Shown in pieces: positions 11,874 through 22,062 of a stretch of 64,000 bases of DNA; the first letter of the stretch is position 1; each line of letters begins with the position of its first letter. Source of the stretch: an uncultured Acidobacteriota bacterium (lineage in GTDB: Bacteria > Acidobacteriota > UBA6911 > RPQK01 > JAPXNP01); assembly GCA_963777605.1 (NCBI GenBank), contig CAVZRV010000035.1, forward strand, positions 1 through 64,000, in the 5' to 3' direction. The position numbers and the translations under genes were made by a program. Under the pieces are notes generated by a model that saw only the letters and a list, made by a program, of their open reading frames with translations, had not been told where the DNA came from and did no database searches.

Positions 11874-12863
11874 TTAGTCCTTCGGGCCTCTATGTGTTCG
11901 TCTCGCCTCGAAGGCCCTTTCGAGAGCCTCTGCGACTACCACACTCCGGTCCTCCAAAACCATTTCCTTAACGGCATCTTCACAGGCTCGGACAATTTCT
12001 CCTTGGCTTAGCCCCTTCGCGGCCTGCGCGAGAGTGTCCCAATCAAGGTTCTTTTGACCGAAGGCGGTGAGCCGGTCCCGGAGGAGTGAGCGCGCCAGCT
12101 CCACGCTGGGTAATCGGTACTGGATGAGATCGTCGAATCGGCGATACAAGGCGAGGTCAAGAACTTCCGCGTGGTTTGTCGCCGCCACGATGAGACTCTC
12201 GGATTCGTCCTCTTCAAGGAACTGGAGAAAGCTGTTGAGGACCCGCCGGATCTCGCCAATGTCGTTCGGGGTCGCACGCTGTGTCCCAATAGCATCGAAC
12301 TCATCGAACAGATACAGGCCGCGTGTGTGCGTCATGGCATCGAAAATCAGGCGCAGCTTAGCGGCAGTTTCACCCATGAATTTCGTTATCAGCGCGTCAA
12401 AGCGAACCGCGAAAAGAGGCAGATGTAGCTCGCCGCCTAACACTCGGGCCGTCATGGATTTACCTGTCCCGGGAGGGCCAAGGAGGAGGAGCTTGCGCCG
12501 CGGGCGAAGGTTGTGCCGGGCCAGCTTGTCTGATTGGCGGTGCTCTTTGAGGAGCCGCTGAAGCGACAACTGGGTTTCTTTGGGAAGCACCATGTCGCTG
12601 AGGTGCAGGTCCGGAAACTGGACGCTGAGCAGCCCTTTTAGTTCGCCTCTCGGTTGAGAGATAGGGATCGGATCGCGGCGGACCTTGAGAGCACCCTGGC
12701 GAGCTCGAACCTCATCAATGAGCTCACGGAGTTCAGCTGCCACCTTATTATGACCGACCCGTGCCTCCTGGGCAGCCAACTGGAGAGCCACGCGGTAGAA
12801 ACGCACATCGTCTCGCTCCGCATAGCTCTTAATCAGAGCCTTTAGCTGTTCACTCCGTGCCAT
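11874..12863 (-). CDS. AAA+ ATPase, IetA-like partner of the S8 peptidase
   Basis: Likely start MARSEQLKALIKS with GAGG upstream; Walker A GPPGTGKS, Walker B YLFDEFD, IVAATNH, arginine finger LYRRFD. Confidence 0.9.
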   Translation of the reverse strand: MARSEQLKALIKSYAERDDVRFYRVALQLAAQEARVGHNKVAAELRELIDEVRARQGALKVRRDPIPISQPRGELKGLLSVQFPDLHLSDMVLPKETQLSLQRLLKEHRQSDKLARHNLRPRRKLLLLGPPGTGKSMTARVLGGELHLPLFAVRFDALITKFMGETAAKLRLIFDAMTHTRGLYLFDEFDAIGTQRATPNDIGEIRRVLNSFLQFLEEDESESLIVAATNHAEVLDLALYRRFDDLIQYRLPSVELARSLLRDRLTAFGQKNLDWDTLAQAAKGLSQGEIVRACEDAVKEMVLEDRSVVVAEALERAFEARRTHRGPKD

Positions 12864-13376
12864 CGTCCTCGCCTCAGAGCGAAGGTTACCACATGGTTCC
12901 GGCATGAATTGCTTTCAACCCAAGGCGCACGTTCGCGAGCCTGAACAGACTGAGGGAAACGGTTGGTGAGTTGTCATGGGCCTTGAGTGGCGCCAATTCG
13001 TGGCCAATCGGATTGGCAAAGAGTGCTTTCAACGAGGGGCTGCAAAATTCTTTTGAGGTTTCTCCTCCTCGGACGCTCTTGACTAGTAGAAGGGAAGAAC
13101 CTCGGTTTCCTGGTTATTTTCGGTTGGTATAAGTGCGCGCAGGGCTGATTGGCCTTTGCGGCGGTGTTTCTGCCTGGATGGTTTTCGGCATTGCTTTGAC
13201 GGGGTTCTCTGCCCTTTGGGGAGGTTTGCAGTGAGCCCTTTTGGAGCGATGTTTCGGAGCGACGGCCGGTCGGGTTTTCAGCCTGGGCCAGGCGTCATGT
13301 TTCGGTGCCCTCAGTTCAGCTCACCCCTCCTCTCCGTTCCAGTTGCTTCCTCTAATCCAGCTACAGGAGGGTTCGA

Positions 13377-16300
13377 ATGGGATTTAGACGAGCGGCGTTT
13401 GCCTGCTTTGTTGTGGCTTTCGGTTGTGGGTTGAGTTCGATCTATGCCCAGGCTCCGACCGGCGACATTACCGGGGTTGTCGAAGATGAGTCGGGCGGGG
13501 TGGTTCAGCGGGCGAAGGTCACGGCCACGAATGCGGCGACCGGGATGGTCCGTTCCGCCGTTACCGATGAGACGGGGACCTATCGGATCAGCGTGTTGCC
13601 GCCCGGCGAGTACAGCGTGACTGCCGAAGCCCGAGGGCTTCAGAAGGTCTCGCGGACTGTCGTCGTTCAGGTCGGGAATACGGCCACATTGGACTTTGCC
13701 CTGCCGGTGCAGTTCCTGGAGCAAATCGTTGAGACCACGGACACTCCTCCGGAGATGAGTCACGAGAAGTATGGCGTCAGTGGAGTCGTCTCCCGGCTCG
13801 AGATCGAGAACCTGCCTCTGAACGGTCGCGAGTTCCTTCAGCTTTCCGTGCTCGAACCGGGAGTCACCGCCGCTCCTTCGGCCGGGTTCTTCAGCCGTCA
13901 GTTCGATGTCTCGATTCTCGGAAGCTCTCCGGACGGCACCCGGGTGACGATGGACGGCGGGCCGATCTACAACGCGTTGAACGGCGGCGTTCCCCAGAAC
14001 TTCTCCCAGGAGGTCGTCCAGGAGTTCCAGCTCTCGAGTGCCAACTTCGACCTGTCGACCGGCCTGACCGATTCGGGAGCGATCAACGTCGTCACGCGTT
14101 CCGGAGGCAACCAGTATCACGGCAGCGGGTTCTTCTTCTTTCGCGATCACAACCTGGCGGCCTATCCGGGGCTCCGGCGCGACCCGTCGAATCCGGATCC
14201 CTTCTTTGCCCGCCGCCAGGTCGGCTTTTCCGTGGGAGGCCCGATCCGGCGGGATCGGCTGTTCTTCTTCGCGAGCATCGAGGACAACAACCAGGACGGG
14301 GTCGTCAGCGTCCAGCCGGCATCTTCGGCGTTCTCCGAACCTGGGCGGGATCTTTCCGAGCCCTTTCGACAGCACCCAGGCCAGCGTACGGATCGACTGG
14401 CTGGCAAGCGACCGCCACAGCCTCTTCTTTCGCTACTCGCACGATCAAAACGACGGATTCGCTCCTCCGACCGGAGCGGGGCGACTGCCCTCCAACTGGG
14501 CGGATACCAGCAACTGGTCCGACCAGGGCGTGGCCTCGCTGATCTCGAGTCTCACGAACAACCTGATCAACGAGTTCCGCTTCTCCTACTGGTACTGGCA
14601 GACGCGAAACCTGCCTCCCTCCTCCTCCAGTTGTCCGCCGCCCTGCCTGGGGCTGGGATTTCCCGAGATCGGAATCCTGGGAACCGACTTCACGATCGGA
14701 AACTACCAACTGGTGCCCGAAGGCGGAGACTTTCGCCGCTACCACACCTTCGACAGCGTGGCCTGGAACCACGGGAACCACCAGTTCAAGTTCGGAGTCG
14801 ACTGGCAGTACGATCGCGGCAGCGGCTTCTCCTCCTTTCTCGAACCGGCCTCCATGCTGCTCTACTCTCCGGAGACCGTGGCGCTGTACAACTCCAATCC
14901 AGCGCTTCCCGCGGATCTGCGCATCCCGCTGCCGGCGACGTTCGAAACCGTGGAAGACATTCTGCAACTGCCCCTGGTCGGTTTCTCGACCGGCATCGGC
15001 GATCCGAGCCTTCCGTCGAGCTTTCGCTTTGACCAGGCCCGCAACAACCACATCTGGCGATTCTTCTTCCAGGACCGCTGGAGACTGCACCCCCGCGTGA
15101 CGTTGAGCTACGGCCTGGCCTACTCCTTTCAAACCAACGGAGTGAATCACGATCTGAGCAAGCCCGAATTCCTGGAGCCGGTTCTCGGCAGCCAAGGGCT
15201 TGCACCCACGCGGCGGGACCTGAACAACTTCGCTCCGGCGCTGGGCCTGGCCTGGAGCGTCTCCGAGGACAACCGGACGGTCGTCCGAGCGGGTTTCGGC
15301 ATCTACTACGCGCAGCCGCTGGCGATCGATCGCCTCCTGGAACGCTCGATGATCGGTCCCCGGGGAACCGGCCGGTTCATCACCACCGGCTCGCTCGTCC
15401 CCAATTTGATTCCCGGGATCCCCGGAGTCCCTCTCGGACGTCCGCTGAACTTCCCGAACGGCCCCACGCGCTTTACGGGAGCAGCCGCCGCCTATCTTCT
15501 TCCTCCGTTGCGGGAGTACCTGGATCAACTGCTGGGCGATCCGGACAACACCGACCTGTCGGTCCGGAATATCGACGTCTTCAAACAGGGGACCGGCCTG
15601 CTGGCCCAGGATTTCACCTCCGGGTATGCCGAACATCTCACGATCGGAATCCAGCGCCAGCTCTCTTCGTCGCTGGTCCTCTCCGCCGATTTCGTCCTGC
15701 GCCGATTCGTCCACCAGAACATGGGAGACATCGATCTCAATCGGTGGAACAGCGTGGCCGGACCGGTCATCCGGGCCTGCCTTCCCCAGGAGATCCCGGA
15801 TCCGCAGGCGCAGTGCTCGACCGGGCCGATCGGCGTTCAGGTCAGCGGAGGACGGTCCCGCTACGTGGGGCTCCTGACCAAACTCACCCACCGCTGGTCC
15901 AACCGCTTCCAGTTCCAGGCCTCTTACGCCTGGTCGAGCAACCAGGGATTCAACGGGATCATCGACAACAACGACTGGTTTGCCAGCTACGGCCCCGATC
16001 CGCGGGATCGCCGCCACCTGCTGAACGTCTCCGGCATCGTCGATCTCCCGTGGGGGCTTCGGAGTTCCCTGATCTCGACCTTTGCCGGCAAGCCCCCGTT
16101 TCGAGCGCAGCTCTTCGGACTGGATCTGAACGGCGACGGGACCTCGGACGATCTGCTTCCGGGACTCGGCTGGAACGCGTTGAATCGAGGCCAGGATGCA
16201 AACGACCTGATTCAGCAAGTCAACAATTTCAACCAGAACCTCGCCGGCGGCACCACGCCTCAAGGGCAGCCGATCCCGCAGATCACTCTCCCGTCAAACT

Positions 16301-16545
16301 TCGAACTGGGAGATCGGTTCTTTTCGCTGGACTTGAGGCTCAGCAAGCGAATCAAGATCCGGGAGCGATGGGAACTCGCGCTGATTGGCGAGGTCTTCAA
16401 CGCGCTCAACGTGGCCAACCGTTCCGGCTACGGCGTCAATCTGCTCCAGCCCGAGGCGTTCGGCCAGGCGTCCAGGCGGGTCACTCAGGTCTTCGGTTCG
16501 GGCGGGCCCCGGGCGTTTCAGTTGGGAGCCCGGGTCAGCTTCTGA
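13377..16545 (+). CDS. TonB-dependent receptor-like outer-membrane beta-barrel with N-terminal carboxypeptidase-regulatory-like domain (Oar-like); frameshift near 14340
   Basis: Signal peptide; GDITGVVEDESGGVVQRAKVTATN; LPLNGREF; GAINVVTRSGGN; RRDLNNFAP; terminal PRAFQLGARVSF; strong RBS AGGAGG. Confidence 0.88.
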
Positions 16546-16583
16546 AAGATGGACAAGCGGCGATCCCGGATTGAGCACCCCGG

Positions 16584-17258
16584 ATGGTTAGAATGGACGG
16601 CAATTCAAGCCTTCCTATTCAAAAGCAAGAAAGCGAACAAGAGACCGAGCTTCACATGGGAGAAGCCAAGAAGACGCATCCGCCCCTGTGGATCAGCAAG
16701 ACGGATGAGCGGGAGCAGCCGGTCGATCAACGGGTGATCGACGCGGCGCACCGGATCTGGAACCGCGTGCTGGGTTACGTCCGGGCCTCCGGCCAGGAAG
16801 TGACCGACGTCGCGGAGACCCTGGAAACGGTGGTCCACTCCGTCTCCCGCACGATCCGGAACAAGCGGGACGAAGACGGCATTCGAAACGTCGAATCCTA
16901 TCTCTACTGGTCCTTCGTCCGGAAACACTCCGAGCGAAAAGGCAAAGAGAAGCGGATCCAATACCTGGGGAGCCTCGAGCCCCTGGAAGCGCTTCAACAG
17001 AACCGAGAGGACGGCGCATCCCGGCTCGACGACGAGATCCTGCTCGAGGAACTCACCAGCTACATGGATCCCAAGACGAGACGGCTCTTCGTCCTGAGGG
17101 TCCTCGGGTACTCCTGGGCCGAAATCGGCCGCAAGTTCGAGATCTCCGCCCACAACGCCGAGGTCCAGTTCAGCTACGGTCTCAAGAAAGCACGAAAGCG
17201 CCTCTTCAGCAAGCGGTCCGCAGCCGGGCAAAAGAGCGAAAACGGAAGGGAAGGCTAA
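16584..17258 (+). CDS. ECF-type sigma-70 factor (divergent)
   Basis: Region-4 HTH RRLFVLRVLGYSWAEIGRKFEISAHNAEVQFSYGLKKAR; region-2-like IRNVESYLYWSFVRK; followed by an anti-sigma-like gene. Exact start uncertain. Confidence 0.75.
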   Translation: MVRMDGNSSLPIQKQESEQETELHMGEAKKTHPPLWISKTDEREQPVDQRVIDAAHRIWNRVLGYVRASGQEVTDVAETLETVVHSVSRTIRNKRDEDGIRNVESYLYWSFVRKHSERKGKEKRIQYLGSLEPLEALQQNREDGASRLDDEILLEELTSYMDPKTRRLFVLRVLGYSWAEIGRKFEISAHNAEVQFSYGLKKARKRLFSKRSAAGQKSENGREG

Positions 17259-17263
17259 AGGAA

Positions 17264-17985
17264 ATGTCACACAAGTCGGTGTCCAACGAGACACTTTCCA
17301 GGGAACAGGAACAAAGGCTTCTAAAGGCCGGCGAAAAGCTGTTCCGGACCCACTTCCCGAATCCAGACCGAATCGGCTGCCCCGGTCCCAAGGTGCTGAA
17401 GTCAATGGCCTCCCGACAACCCGCATCGATTCCAGATGACTTCCTCGACCATCTCACCCATTGCTCGCCCTGCTTCGTCGAATACGGCCGGCACCTCACC
17501 CGGATCCGAAGGATGCGCCGAGCTCCGAGCCATAGCCGCCTGCGTCGGCCTCTTTGCGTTGATCGGAGTCGCCTTCTGGTTCGCCCCCGGCCTACTCAAT
17601 TCCGTCGAGGAACCAGAACTTGCCGTAGAAGGACCATCACACCGGACGCAGACGGTCGCGGTCCTGGACCTCAGGAATGCCTCCCAAGCCAGAGGTGGAA
17701 ACGCGCCTGAACAAGCAACACCTCGCTTGACCGTCCCTCACAATGCCAGAACCCTCCAGATATACCTCCCCATTGGCAGCGAAGAGGGCGAATATGAGGT
17801 TGGTCTCTTCCGATCGGCGGGAAGGCCCCTTGTCCAGACCCGGGGGAGGGCAGAGTTAATCAGCCAAAGCGTGATCCTGCGGATCAAGCTCGACCTGTCG
17901 CTCGTGAGTCAGGGCGAGTATCTCCTTGGGAATCCACCGCCCCGATTTCTCATGGCATTACCACGCGATCGACGTCGACGAATAA
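17264..17985 (+). CDS. Putative membrane-anchored anti-sigma factor (Zn-finger, TM helix, extracytoplasmic beta domain); frameshifts near 17520 and 17930
   Basis: FPNPDRIGCP...DHLTHCSPCF (HxxxCxxC ZAS-like motif), then TM AIAACVGLFALIGVAFWF in a second frame, then LQIYLPIGSEEGEYEV; stitched end ...WHYHAIDVDE*. Confidence 0.7.
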
Positions 17986-18063
17986 TGGAGGCAGGCGTGT
18001 CTAGGTGTCCCACCACCAGCGGTCTCTACTCAACGCAATGGATCCTGCTTCACCCTTGGCCAC

Positions 18064-18160
18064 ATAGAACCTCCCTTGGCTTGTGGCTCACCTGCGGCGG
18101 CCAGCACCGATAGAAACTAATAAGCGCTAGGCCGCCGTCTGGTGCAGCCACTTGTTGTGC
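18064..18160 (-). other. attC-like integron recombination site (R' end degenerate)
   Basis: Minus strand just after a stop codon: GCACAAC-AAGTGGCTGCACCAGACGGCGGCC...GGCCGCCGCAGGTGAGCCAC, an imperfect hairpin with extrahelical bases. Confidence 0.6.
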
Positions 18161-18167
18161 TGCTGTT

Positions 18168-18935
18168 TCAAATTGGATAACCTCGGAGGGTTTGCGGCCA
18201 AACAGGCTTGAAATCATAATAGCCCTCAGTTTCCCACGCCACGGTATTGACAACCCAGATGGCGTCGATTCGTTGAAGCTCTGAGAATTCGGCACTGGCT
18301 TGCTCTATCTCTTTCGCGATTTCGCTGTAACCGTGTGGTGGGCTGTCCGTTTCCAGCAGAAGCACTCGCCTTCCGGCGGACGCAGCAGCGAGTTTCGGAA
18401 GCTTTTTCACGAGTGCCGTGCGAATGACCGTGGGAAAGTCCTGCATGTTGGAACGTCCAACGAAAACCTTTCCGGGAAGGCCTGGGAGAGGCGTTTTCCA
18501 CACCGAGATTTTCAAGTCTGGCTGAAGCGTGGAAATCAGGTGCTCGGACTGCCCTTCGGGTAACGCTTCTTTGTTGCTCCGGAGCCAAGCGTTCAGTTCG
18601 TTCGCCAGTTCCGCCCACTTGATTCCTTTCTGCACAGCTCCTACCGGCACAAGTACCGTGATATCGCATTCGTCGAGCTTGCACTCAGGATCAGCCTCCA
18701 AAGGAGCAAAAGCCTTCAACAAGGGCTGTGCATCTGCCTTATCCCCAAAGAATGGCTGGATCAACGTGTGTTCGAACGCAATGGAATCACCACTGCTATT
18801 CGTCGCGATTGCCTCAACTGCCTCTTCCGAACGGTTGTCCTGCTCAGGAAATGCAGTAATCCTATAGTCGGATCCGTCATTCGAATTCAGGTGGTCAATG
18901 AGGAGTTGAACCAGCTTGATGTCACGGTCTGGCAT
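18168..18935 (-). CDS. Hypothetical cassette protein, possible PD-(D/E)XK-like nuclease fold
   Basis: Start MPDRDIKLVQLL with GAAGGGA upstream; acidic pattern FPEQ...VEAIA...IAFEHT; flanked by two attC-like sites. Confidence 0.6.
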   Translation of the reverse strand: MPDRDIKLVQLLIDHLNSNDGSDYRITAFPEQDNRSEEAVEAIATNSSGDSIAFEHTLIQPFFGDKADAQPLLKAFAPLEADPECKLDECDITVLVPVGAVQKGIKWAELANELNAWLRSNKEALPEGQSEHLISTLQPDLKISVWKTPLPGLPGKVFVGRSNMQDFPTVIRTALVKKLPKLAAASAGRRVLLLETDSPPHGYSEIAKEIEQASAEFSELQRIDAIWVVNTVAWETEGYYDFKPVWPQTLRGYPI

Positions 18936-18965
18936 GTCGTCCCTTCGCGTGCGATTCCGACGGCA

Positions 18966-19026
18966 AAAGAACACTCAGCATCAGCAGCGGCGCGCGGCGC
19001 CGTCCGCTGCATGCCGTTGTTTGGAC
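18966..19026 (-). other. attC-like site
   Basis: Minus strand GTCCAAAC-AACGGCATGCAGCGGACGGCGCCGCGCGCCGCTGCTGATGCTGAGT-GTTCTTT; same short attC family as 45755-45814. Confidence 0.7.
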
Positions 19027-19052
19027 GCGCCGTGCAGGGACACGCCACCGAT

Positions 19053-19712
19053 TCAGGCATCATGCCCGCCGTGCGCTGAGAGCGCGCGTTGAGCATCTAC
19101 AAATCGCGTGCACAAGTCGTCGATGCGCTGGGTGAACTCCATTGTTCCCGTGGTCTTGCGGTCGGTCCAGTACTTCGCCGTGAGCGTCGTTGGCCGAAGG
19201 CTAGGCCCATGCGTTTCGATGATGATGGCTCCTTGGTGCATCTCGCTGATCCGCTCGTCGCGCAGGTGGACATTAGGTTCGTTGGTGTAAACTCCAATCA
19301 CTTGGAAACCGTGGCCACTTGGCGAGGGCCGAACGTTGTCAGCGACGAACCACGACTCTGATTCGGAAGTCATCAAGTGCATCTGGAGCTTCGAAAGGGT
19401 CTGCTTAACGCCCATGTAGCAGACGATCATCGGTACGCGCTCGTTGGTTTCTGGGCGCACGTAACTCGACTGGAGATCGACACGCCACGTTCCGCGAAGA
19501 TCGGGGCGCTTGACGAACCAACCGTGAAGCCAAGGTTGACGCCAGAGCACGAACTCGAGGAGCACGCCGACCCCGACCAAGCTGCTCACCACGATACTGA
19601 AGGGCTGGGCGTGCACCCAAGCGACCGGCGCGCCCTGGAAGAGGAGTACTGCCAACCAGACGGCCGCAGCAAGGAGGACAAAGGCGGTGATGTGGAGGCG
19701 CTCGAGCTTCAT
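19053..19712 (-). CDS. cap15: CBASS effector Cap15-like (2 TM helices plus beta-barrel)
   Basis: Two N-terminal hydrophobic helices, then RPDLRGTWRV, MHLMTSESES, YTNEP, HQGA, YWTDRKTTGTMEF; ATGA overlap with the CD-NTase stop. Confidence 0.88.
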   Translation of the reverse strand: MKLERLHITAFVLLAAAVWLAVLLFQGAPVAWVHAQPFSIVVSSLVGVGVLLEFVLWRQPWLHGWFVKRPDLRGTWRVDLQSSYVRPETNERVPMIVCYMGVKQTLSKLQMHLMTSESESWFVADNVRPSPSGHGFQVIGVYTNEPNVHLRDERISEMHQGAIIIETHGPSLRPTTLTAKYWTDRKTTGTMEFTQRIDDLCTRFVDAQRALSAHGGHDA

Positions 19713-20635
19713 ACGGGTTTCACCCCGACGTAGTCCCATGCCGCGTTAATGAAGGCGTGAGCTTGGTCGCGCGTCCACGGCTGCGAGCTATGGAATAGGT
19801 ACTTGATCGCATCGACCTCGCACCACTCCGCGCAAAGGGACTGGTCCTTCGTGTTCTGCCAGAGGAAACGCAGCACGGACTGGACGCGATCCTCCCACGT
19901 GTCGTGCTCGAAGCACCAGTTTGGGGCGTTCCAGGCAAGACACTCAGCCAGGTAGCCAGGAACGCTGGCAGCGTGGGCGTTCCCTGCGTCCTCCAACTCG
20001 ATACGCAGCTTCTTCAGGATGCGCACCATTCCCTTGAAGCGCCGCTGCGTCGAAGTATTCTTAGAGACGCCGTTTTCGTAGTGAAGGGGCGTATGCGGCC
20101 AGTAGTCAACGAGGCGTTCGGGGTAATTCTCGATGCGTCGGCTGCTGTTGTCGGGAATCAGGGCCACTCCGGCACGATAACTTCCATTCTCCCAATACTG
20201 CCGGAACTCGAAGAGTGGCACGACATCGGCTTCAACCTGCGCCTGTGCTGCCTTGATGTCGAATGCCTTGTTGCCGCGCTTCACTGCTGCGCGACCGAAG
20301 TACGCGACGAGTGCTTCCTCGAGTTCATCCTTGAACTGCGAGAAAGAGTAGTTGGCATCGCTGTTGCCGAACTCGGCTTTAGCCTTTCCGCTTGGATACT
20401 GAGCTAGGAAGTATTCGTAGAGCATTGCGCCGACATCCACGTCGCTTTCCTGACGGACGTTGACGCGGTTGCGGAATGAGCCTTGCGCGAAGACCAGTGT
20501 CTTCTTCGCCTGCAGCTCGGGACTATTGCTGATGGCGGCGCGGATGGCTCGAATAACCCGCTCAGAGCGTTCCTGCTCCGAGTTGCTGGGCGGCTGTGCC
20601 CAGAAGGCAAAGGTGTTCTCCCAGTCTCGTGCCAT
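19709..20635 (-). CDS. CBASS cyclic dinucleotide synthase (CD-NTase, CdnE-like)
   Basis: WAQPPSNSEQ; QGSFRNRVNVRQESDVDVG (GS and DxD nucleotidyltransferase motifs); GNKAFDI; ADVVP; NYPE; FKGMVRILKKLR. Confidence 0.92.
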   Translation of the reverse strand: MARDWENTFAFWAQPPSNSEQERSERVIRAIRAAISNSPELQAKKTLVFAQGSFRNRVNVRQESDVDVGAMLYEYFLAQYPSGKAKAEFGNSDANYSFSQFKDELEEALVAYFGRAAVKRGNKAFDIKAAQAQVEADVVPLFEFRQYWENGSYRAGVALIPDNSSRRIENYPERLVDYWPHTPLHYENGVSKNTSTQRRFKGMVRILKKLRIELEDAGNAHAASVPGYLAECLAWNAPNWCFEHDTWEDRVQSVLRFLWQNTKDQSLCAEWCEVDAIKYLFHSSQPWTRDQAHAFINAAWDYVGVKPV

Positions 20636-20653
20636 CGTTCTTCTCTCAGGTCA

Positions 20654-20728
20654 TCCTAACGATTGGCGTTCACCGAGCGCGAGCCGCGCTCGCGAGGGTC
20701 GCAGTCCGCTGAAACGGCGCGGTTAGGC
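20654..20728 (-). other. attC site
   Basis: Minus strand R'' GCCTAAC ... R' GTTAGGA, 75 bp with an internal imperfect inverted repeat, between two cassette genes. Confidence 0.8.
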
Positions 20729-20782
20729 TGACATTGTACTTCAGATCTGAACCCAGGACTGTATGGCAGTTCGATCTCGCAC

Positions 20783-21628
20783 TCACGAGTCTTCATCGTT
20801 TTTGTAGCTCTCCCATAGCCGCATCGTCGAGGTCAAGACGTTTATTGGAAACTCCTCCTCATCGAAACCCTCGTCGCGATACCATTGGAAGATCCTCAGG
20901 AATGCACCCAGCAGGTCGGGATCAAGGTCTGTGGTACCCATCGCGTGATAGGCGAGTTTGTCTACCACCGGTATCGCGATGCCCATGTGTTCGTGCCTCT
21001 CATCGGTCGTTGTGTTAGACCCCCTAAAGAACTCCTCAGGCTCACCGCCGCGGTCCCATTTTGCGGTCAAGTGGATGTTAAACTGCTGAAGGTCGATCGC
21101 GCGTTTTTCGAAGGCGATCCATTTGCGAAGAACCGAGTACGCGTGAACTGCAAACTCATCGGTGCGCGCTTCCCTTTCATCGCATTCGAGAATGGGTGGG
21201 CTCATACCCGCGAAGATCGTCGTTGCGTCGAGCGAGGAATCAGTCTCATTGAAGTCGAGGACGATCTTCGAAACCTCTTTCGCGTGGAAGAGATGCTGAC
21301 GGTATCTTGTCGAGGTGAAGAACCCAATTGTTCCCGCACGGGCATCCACTTGCCCGAAGAACAGAGGAACCTGAAGGTTGACAAACCAGTCAACTGCGTC
21401 CGATGAATACTCGACTGTTGGGATTGAGACAGACTTGAATTGGACGCCAAAGAGGTCTTCAGCGTGAAGTAGGAGACCTTCTGGACGAAGCAGAACGCAG
21501 TACGCATCGACCCCAACATCATCTTGGTGCCGAACATCGGCCACGGCTGAGAATGCTCGCACCACGCCGATTCCTAAGTCCTCGGCTAGGTGCCCTTTGC
21601 GTAGGTTTCGTCCAAGTCTGCTTGGCAT
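20783..21628 (-). CDS. DUF4365-like PD-(D/E)XK nuclease-domain protein
   Basis: N-terminal GHLAE...QDDVGVDAYC...FGVQFKS matches the E..D-G-D..QxK pattern of DUF4365/Cap4-type nuclease domains. Confidence 0.65.
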   Translation of the reverse strand: MPSRLGRNLRKGHLAEDLGIGVVRAFSAVADVRHQDDVGVDAYCVLLRPEGLLLHAEDLFGVQFKSVSIPTVEYSSDAVDWFVNLQVPLFFGQVDARAGTIGFFTSTRYRQHLFHAKEVSKIVLDFNETDSSLDATTIFAGMSPPILECDEREARTDEFAVHAYSVLRKWIAFEKRAIDLQQFNIHLTAKWDRGGEPEEFFRGSNTTTDERHEHMGIAIPVVDKLAYHAMGTTDLDPDLLGAFLRIFQWYRDEGFDEEEFPINVLTSTMRLWESYKNDEDS

Positions 21629-21666
21629 AATCCCACCTATTCAAGAATCGACGCTAGATTCATGGA

Positions 21667-21765
21667 GTCCAATGGCTCACTCGGTTGGCCTCACCAGTGG
21701 GCGACCCGTGTTCGTTAGCAGGGAACGTGCCGAGGATCGCCCATCTGGGCATACCTTGGTTGGAC
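21667..21765 (-). other. attC-like site (R' reads ATTGGAC)
   Basis: Minus strand GTCCAAC...CCAGATGGGCGATCC pairs with GGGTCGCCCACTGG...ATTGGAC; lies 4 nt after the stop of the short ORF 21770-22006. Confidence 0.6.
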
Positions 21766-21769
21766 CTTC

Positions 21770-22006
21770 TCATCTTGCCTCCGCCGTTGATTCACAGAGG
21801 ATGTTCTGAGGCCAGTATTGCGCGATCTTGTGCAGGGTCATTCGATAGCTGGGCGACCAATGTTCAAGGGTCTGGCTGGCTTCATCGACAAAGTCAAACA
21901 CGATCTTCCGCCATCGTTGAGTACTCGCATTGAGCCCCTCCTGGACAAGGAGAGTGAAGACCAGCAACGAGTTCGACATAACTATCAAGTCCTCGGGCAT
22001 TATCAA
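21770..22006 (-). pseudogene. Possible C-terminal remnant of a cassette ORF
   Basis: Short ORF ending immediately before an attC-like site; no recognisable motif. Confidence 0.3.
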
Positions 22007-22062
22007 AGGGACGCCCGACTGCCGTTGTCACCTCCACTCGGCCAGCAAGACCGCGCATAGCA

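Noticed and set aside
14305-16263. Long antisense ORFs (also 589-1824, 26819-28018, 39110-40042 and others)
   Set aside because: Shadow ORFs opposite well-supported high-GC genes, with no motifs of their own.
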